Positions 55,886 to 60,712 of a DNA stretch of 60,712 nucleotides are shown in pieces. A program made the position numbers and the translations under genes. The notes beneath the pieces were generated by a model. It was given only the letters and a program-made list of their open reading frames with translations, was not told where the DNA came from and made no database searches. Numbering within the stretch: position 1 is the stretch's first letter; every line of letters starts with the position of its first letter. The DNA comes from a bacterium (lineage in GTDB: Bacteria > Bacteroidota > Ignavibacteria > UBA10030), in assembly GCA_043803945.1 (NCBI GenBank), contig JAZDJN010000085.1, positions 1 through 60,712 of the forward strand, read 5' to 3'.

Positions 55886-58303
55886 ATGTCGAATCGTTGG
55901 AGGATATTCCTTGGCATTAGTGGTGTCCTGATCATCACTCTTCTTGCTCTCACTTTTTTCTTCTATTATCTCATCACCAAGTCGCATCCTGTTACTTCGG
56001 GAACGGTTGTTCTGGACGACTTGAAAGCCCCCGTCGCTATCCATCGGGATGAGTATGGAATTCCTCATATCTTCTCGGAATCAGAATATGATGCGTACTT
56101 CGCAGTCGGATACGTGCATGCACAGGAACGGCTCTGGCAAATGGAATTGATGCGGCGTGCCGGCCAGGGGAAATTAGCAGAGGTGCTCGGCGAGCCTGCC
56201 TTGAACATCGACAAAATGTTCCGGACAATCGGCATCTGGAAGATGACACCGGAGCTCCTTGCTGAATTAAGCCAGGAAACCCGCGATGATTTGCAGGCGT
56301 ATGCGGATGGTGTGAATAGGTTCATCGAGATATCGGGCGGTAAGCTGCCGGTTGAATTTGATTTACTGGATATTACACCGGAACCATGGCAGCCAGAGCA
56401 CTCCGTCCTGATAAGTCGGTTAATGGCATGGGAATTAAATTACTCACGCTGGGTCGATGTGACACTCGGCAATCTTGTTGAGGTGCTGGGTGTTGAGAAA
56501 GCCCGGGAAATTTTTCCCGATTGGCCCGAAGGTGCGCCTACCATCCTTCCCGATGAAATCAAGGGGAAGAAGATCGCTCAAGAGATGCGGGAGCTGCTCG
56601 ACGCCGATCGCAATTTTCGCTCGTTGATTGGAACCGGGGGATTGGAAAGCGGAAGCAATGCCTGGGTTGTCAGCGGATCGAAGACTGTCTCCGGGAAACC
56701 GCTTCTTGCAAACGATCCGCACTTGCTCTTCAGCAATCCCGGCAGATGGTATGATCTGCATCTCGTTGCACCCGGTCTCGATGTTCAAGGTGTCACACTC
56801 GCCGGAGTGCCGTTTGTTGTCATCGGCCGCAACCGTCATATTGCATGGGGAGTTACCAATGCGATGGCAGATGATCAGGATTTTTTCATCGAAGCTGTCG
56901 ATTCAATACTCCATCCATCGAGGTATCGTTTCAATAATGCCTGGCGAACCATCCATCAATCGGTCGATACGATTTTTGTAAAGGATGGCGCACCTGTCTT
57001 TTTGACGATCTACAGAACTCATCGCGGTCCTTTGATTAACCGGATGGAACGGTCTGCACAGGTATCAAAGCATTTGATTTCCATGCGGTGGGTGGGTCAT
57101 GATCCCTCCGCGGAAATTGAAACGTTCCGATTGCTTAACCGGGCATTGAACAAAGACGATTTTGAGGATGCATTAAAATATTATTCCGTACCAGCGCAGA
57201 ATTTCGTCTATGCCGATGTCGACGGTAATATTGGATATCGGATGGGTGGAAGAATTCCCATCCGCAAAGGAAAGGGGCCGACGCTTCCATTTCCCGGATC
57301 GACAGACGAGTATGATTGGAAAGGATATGTCCCCTTTGAACAGATGCCGCGCCTGTTCAATCCTCCCCAAGGATTTATCGCCATAGCAAATAATAAGATC
57401 GTCTCCAACGCCTATCCGTACTACATTTCGAATCTCTGGGAACCTCACTGGAGAATTGAACGCATAACGGAAGTCCTTCAATCGGAGGAGCAGAGTAGTG
57501 TTGAGAGTTTCCAGAAGCTTCAGCTTGACGTTGTCTCCATCCATGCCCGTGAGCTCGTTCCGATCATCCTTCAGTCCTACGCCACACAGCCCCCTCCTGA
57601 AAAGGAACTGCAGGTTTTCCTGAACTATTTCCGGAACTGGAAGTATGAGATGCGCGTTGAAGATGTCGCGACAACCATCTTCCACGGATTTATTAACAGC
57701 ATGATCCGGAATACATTTGAGGATGAGATGGGAAGAGAGATGCTGGCTCTTTACGATACGCTCGCATCCGTGCCGCTCAATACGCTCACCCGGATGATGA
57801 AAAAAGGAAAATCACCCTGGTTTGATGATGTTAAAACGCCGGGCATTGAGACCATGAACGACATGATCCATAAAAGTATGAGAGAAGTATTTCGGGATCT
57901 GCATACACAGTTTGGCGGGGAAATCAAGGAGTGGCGTTGGGGAATAGGTCACACGGTGATATTTCCGCATGCCTTCAGCGGGCACCCGCTGCTCCGGCCG
58001 GTATTTACTATTGGTCCATTTCCGACCGGGGGTTCGTTCTCCACCGTCAATAAAGGTGATTATTGGTTGGCTGCACCTTTCGGCCATTCCGTTGGGCCGT
58101 CGACGCGCCAGATATTCGACCTTGCCGATGTCAATAACGGCCGGGCCGTCACTCCCCCGGGGCAATGCGGACAGGTTTTTTCAAAGCATTATGACGATCA
58201 GGTATCTCTGTGGCTAGCGGGCAGCTATCGGAAGACGGTAATGGATCGGGAGGTTATAGATCAAGCGCAATATTCTATTCTACGGTTGGAGCCGAAGCGA
58301 TGA
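55886..58303 (+). CDS. Penicillin acylase family (S45 Ntn-hydrolase), membrane-anchored
   Basis: RDEYGIPHI, GYVHAQERLWQME, GSNAWVVSG (nucleophile Ser), LLANDPHL, QNFVYAD, PGQ.G. Confidence 0.95.
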   Translation: MSNRWRIFLGISGVLIITLLALTFFFYYLITKSHPVTSGTVVLDDLKAPVAIHRDEYGIPHIFSESEYDAYFAVGYVHAQERLWQMELMRRAGQGKLAEVLGEPALNIDKMFRTIGIWKMTPELLAELSQETRDDLQAYADGVNRFIEISGGKLPVEFDLLDITPEPWQPEHSVLISRLMAWELNYSRWVDVTLGNLVEVLGVEKAREIFPDWPEGAPTILPDEIKGKKIAQEMRELLDADRNFRSLIGTGGLESGSNAWVVSGSKTVSGKPLLANDPHLLFSNPGRWYDLHLVAPGLDVQGVTLAGVPFVVIGRNRHIAWGVTNAMADDQDFFIEAVDSILHPSRYRFNNAWRTIHQSVDTIFVKDGAPVFLTIYRTHRGPLINRMERSAQVSKHLISMRWVGHDPSAEIETFRLLNRALNKDDFEDALKYYSVPAQNFVYADVDGNIGYRMGGRIPIRKGKGPTLPFPGSTDEYDWKGYVPFEQMPRLFNPPQGFIAIANNKIVSNAYPYYISNLWEPHWRIERITEVLQSEEQSSVESFQKLQLDVVSIHARELVPIILQSYATQPPPEKELQVFLNYFRNWKYEMRVEDVATTIFHGFINSMIRNTFEDEMGREMLALYDTLASVPLNTLTRMMKKGKSPWFDDVKTPGIETMNDMIHKSMREVFRDLHTQFGGEIKEWRWGIGHTVIFPHAFSGHPLLRPVFTIGPFPTGGSFSTVNKGDYWLAAPFGHSVGPSTRQIFDLADVNNGRAVTPPGQCGQVFSKHYDDQVSLWLAGSYRKTVMDREVIDQAQYSILRLEPKR

Positions 58304-59052
58304 AATTTTCAGACCGGCTTATCTCTGCATTGAGTAACGCGAAATCCGTGTGTATGTTTACCGGTGCAGGAGTTTCAGCGGAAAGCGGTGTACCGACATT
58401 TCGCGGCGAGAATGGCCTTTGGAAGAAATTCCGGCCTGAAGAACTCGCAAACGTTGAGGCGTTTCTCAGAAATCCGGAACTTGTCTGGGAGTGGTATTCC
58501 TATCGCAAGAATATCATCCGCGGCGTCCAGCCCAACGCAGGTCATTACGCTATCGTGGAGTTTGAAAAGCGTTTCAGCGATTTTACACTGATCACACAGA
58601 ATGTTGATAATCTTCATCGGCGGGCAGGGAGCCGGCATGTCCTCGAGCTTCATGGCAATATCGAACGAAGCTTCTGCATCCAATGCGGGGCTCGGGTGCT
58701 CGATGTTGAGGTGAACGAAGAGAAGAAAATTCCTGTATGTGAGCGATGTCATGGATTGATACGGCCTGATGTTGTGTGGTTCGGCGAGTATCTTCCACAG
58801 GAGGTGTTCGCACAGGCGGAAGCAGCGGCAAAACGGTGCGAGGTGTTCTTCAGCGTCGGCACATCGAGTATTGTCTATCCTGCAGCAATGCTGCCTTTTT
58901 CTGCAATTGATAATGGAGCATATATTGTTGAAGTCAATCCAGAGCGCACCGATCTCTCATCGAGAGCACACGAAATGCTGTTAGGAAAATCAGGTGTCAT
59001 TTTACCAAAACTTGTCAACGCCATCTCATTGGCAAAAGGGGAACCCACATGA
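58300..59052 (+). CDS. cobB: NAD-dependent protein deacylase (class III sirtuin)
   Basis: TGAGVSAESGVPTFRG, WY..R, TQNVD.LH, ELHG, CxxC..CxxC, RPDVVWFGE; ATGA overlap. Confidence 0.96.
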   Translation: MKFSDRLISALSNAKSVCMFTGAGVSAESGVPTFRGENGLWKKFRPEELANVEAFLRNPELVWEWYSYRKNIIRGVQPNAGHYAIVEFEKRFSDFTLITQNVDNLHRRAGSRHVLELHGNIERSFCIQCGARVLDVEVNEEKKIPVCERCHGLIRPDVVWFGEYLPQEVFAQAEAAAKRCEVFFSVGTSSIVYPAAMLPFSAIDNGAYIVEVNPERTDLSSRAHEMLLGKSGVILPKLVNAISLAKGEPT

Positions 59053-60494
59053 AACGACTGAAGGAATTCGGGAATACCAAAATCGTTTGCACAATCGGTC
59101 CGGCCTCGCAAGAGGTAGATGTCTTGCTGGCAATGATCGACGCCGGTATGGATGTCGTCCGGCTGAATTTTTCACACGGCACTCACGAACAGCACCTGTA
59201 TACCATCGAACAGGTCAAGGAAGCGAGCAAGCGCAGCGGAGAACATATAACGCTGCTGCAAGACCTCAGCGGGCCGAAAATCAGAACCGGCAAGTTTGAG
59301 AACAACCGGGTGGAACTAAAAGCGGGTTCCTCCTTTACATTTACCATCGATGATATTCTGGGAAATGCCGATCGTGTTTCGACAACATATAAACCGTTGC
59401 CACGGGATGTTGTTGTCGGCGACATAATTTTGGTGGATGATGGCAAAATGAAATTTGTTGTCGAGTCGAAGACAGATACCACTGTGCAGTGCAAGGTCGT
59501 TACCGGAGGGATTCTCTCCGATAAAAAGGGGATGAACCTGCCCGGGGTGAAGGTGAGCGTTCCATCCTTCACGGAAAAAGATATCGACGACCTTAAGTTC
59601 GGGCTTGCTCATGACGTCGATTACGTTGCACTCTCGTTTGTCCGGTCTGCCGACGATATCCGCCAGCTTCGGGAAATTGTGATTCGTGAGGCGCCCCCGA
59701 GTAAGAAGGTGCCGATCATTGCGAAGATTGAAAAAGAAGAAGCCGTGAACGATATCGATGCTGTGATCCGTGAAGCTGACGTCATTATGGTTGCTCGCGG
59801 CGATCTGGGAGTGGAGATGGCACCTGAGGATGTGCCGGTTATTCAGAAAATGATTGTCCGTAAATGCAACGAGGCGGGAAGGCCGGTGATTGTTGCAACG
59901 CAAATGCTGGAGTCGATGATCGATAATCCACGGCCTACACGTGCAGAAGCGAACGATGTAGCCAACGCCGTGCTGGATGGAGCGGATGCGGTAATGTTGA
60001 GCGGTGAGACCTCGGTAGGGAAGTATCCTGTAGAGGCGGTCAATATGATGGATCGTATCATTCGGAGAGCTGAAGAAAACCATTCCGATATGCTGGATAT
60101 CGTTCATCATGCAACGAACGACGAAGAGCGATTATCAGATGGTATTTGCCGTGCTGCGTGCGTTTTAGCTCAGGAGATCGGTGCAAAAGCTATTGTGGTG
60201 ATTACCCATTCCGGTTCGACAGCGATGCAGGTGGCAAAATATCGCCCATGTGCCAGAGTGATCGCAGCTACGGACCGTGAAAAAATCCTGCGCCGGTTAA
60301 ATTTGATCTGGGGTATCCGGGGCATTGTGCTGCCCGATCTTGTCGGTGAGACTGATCATGCCTTTGTCAAAGTAACGGAAGCGTTGAAGGGGATAGAGTA
60401 TCTTGAAAGCGGGGACTATGTGGTGTATACAGCCGGTATCCCGCTGCTGACACGCGGCACAACGAATACGGTGAAGGTAGAGAAAGCCATCTAG
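59049..60494 (+). CDS. pyk: Pyruvate kinase
   Basis: TKIVCTIGP, RLNFSHG, DL.GPKIR, AKIE, MVARGDLG, ATQMLESM, PTRAE, MLSGET. Confidence 0.99.
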   Translation: MKRLKEFGNTKIVCTIGPASQEVDVLLAMIDAGMDVVRLNFSHGTHEQHLYTIEQVKEASKRSGEHITLLQDLSGPKIRTGKFENNRVELKAGSSFTFTIDDILGNADRVSTTYKPLPRDVVVGDIILVDDGKMKFVVESKTDTTVQCKVVTGGILSDKKGMNLPGVKVSVPSFTEKDIDDLKFGLAHDVDYVALSFVRSADDIRQLREIVIREAPPSKKVPIIAKIEKEEAVNDIDAVIREADVIMVARGDLGVEMAPEDVPVIQKMIVRKCNEAGRPVIVATQMLESMIDNPRPTRAEANDVANAVLDGADAVMLSGETSVGKYPVEAVNMMDRIIRRAEENHSDMLDIVHHATNDEERLSDGICRAACVLAQEIGAKAIVVITHSGSTAMQVAKYRPCARVIAATDREKILRRLNLIWGIRGIVLPDLVGETDHAFVKVTEALKGIEYLESGDYVVYTAGIPLLTRGTTNTVKVEKAI

Positions 60495-60508
60495 TGAATA
60501 CAGTTGAA

Positions 60509-60568
60509 TTCAAGTTGACCGCACAAATAGGAAGGGTTGACCTCCGATTAAAAAGCGGTCAACTTGAA
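60509..60568. repeat. Perfect 14-bp inverted repeat with 32-nt spacer after pyk
   Basis: TTCAAGTTGACCGC (60509-60522) / GCGGTCAACTTGAA (60555-60568). Confidence 0.7.
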
Positions 60569-60712
60569 ATTATAAGTGATGTTACGCAAAATTGAAATAA
60601 TCGTATATTTGAACACAGCCCAAAGAGTGAAACTATGTAACTGGTGAAATTAATCGAAGGATAGCCCATGGACAAGAAACTCCTTCAATTATATGTTGAT
60701 GGTCTTCTGAGT

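Noticed and set aside
17087-60110. Long antisense ORFs (e.g. 17087-17839, 19450-20247, 21706-22470, 34518-35135, 45283-45939, 59316-60110)
   Set aside because: They shadow well-supported genes on the opposite strand and have no motifs; expected from codon bias
60668-60712. ORF start MDKKLLQLYVDGLLS
   Set aside because: Cut by the window edge; too short to assign

Overview
Bacterial chromosomal window, standard code (many genes end in TGA). Gene content suggests an Ignavibacteria-like / Bacteroidota-Chlorobi relative; this taxonomy is inference. Left to right: (1) the disrupted right end of an IS1634-family element; (2) a minus-strand bacterial microcompartment (BMC) operon of PVM-like type (3 BMC-P, 2 BMC-H, PduT-like BMC-T, acylating aldehyde dehydrogenase, PduL, divergent acetate kinase, class II aldolase, PduS-like Fe-S protein), interrupted by two nuclease-fold genes inside palindromic repeats; (3) a divergent sugar-uptake and glycan-catabolism block (ABC binding protein and permease, GH27, GH20, GH130, glycosylasparaginase, CutC); (4) between aspG and cutC, a REP array with a RAYT transposase and a secreted FG-GAP-repeat gene that reads in frame through a TGA followed by Cys and a bacterial SECIS-like hairpin. 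This candidate selenoprotein is the most striking finding; (5) an AT-rich tandem pair of ECF sigma/zinc anti-sigma modules with matching promoters; (6) signalling genes and a K+-independent membrane pyrophosphatase; (7) housekeeping genes ffh-rpsP-khpA-rimM-trmD-rplS, mqnA-like, recN, cysS, outer-membrane genes, penicillin acylase, cobB and pyk. Intergenic DNA carries several families of small palindromic elements, some nested. No tRNA, rRNA or CRISPR array was recognised. All calls were made by eye, without database searches.
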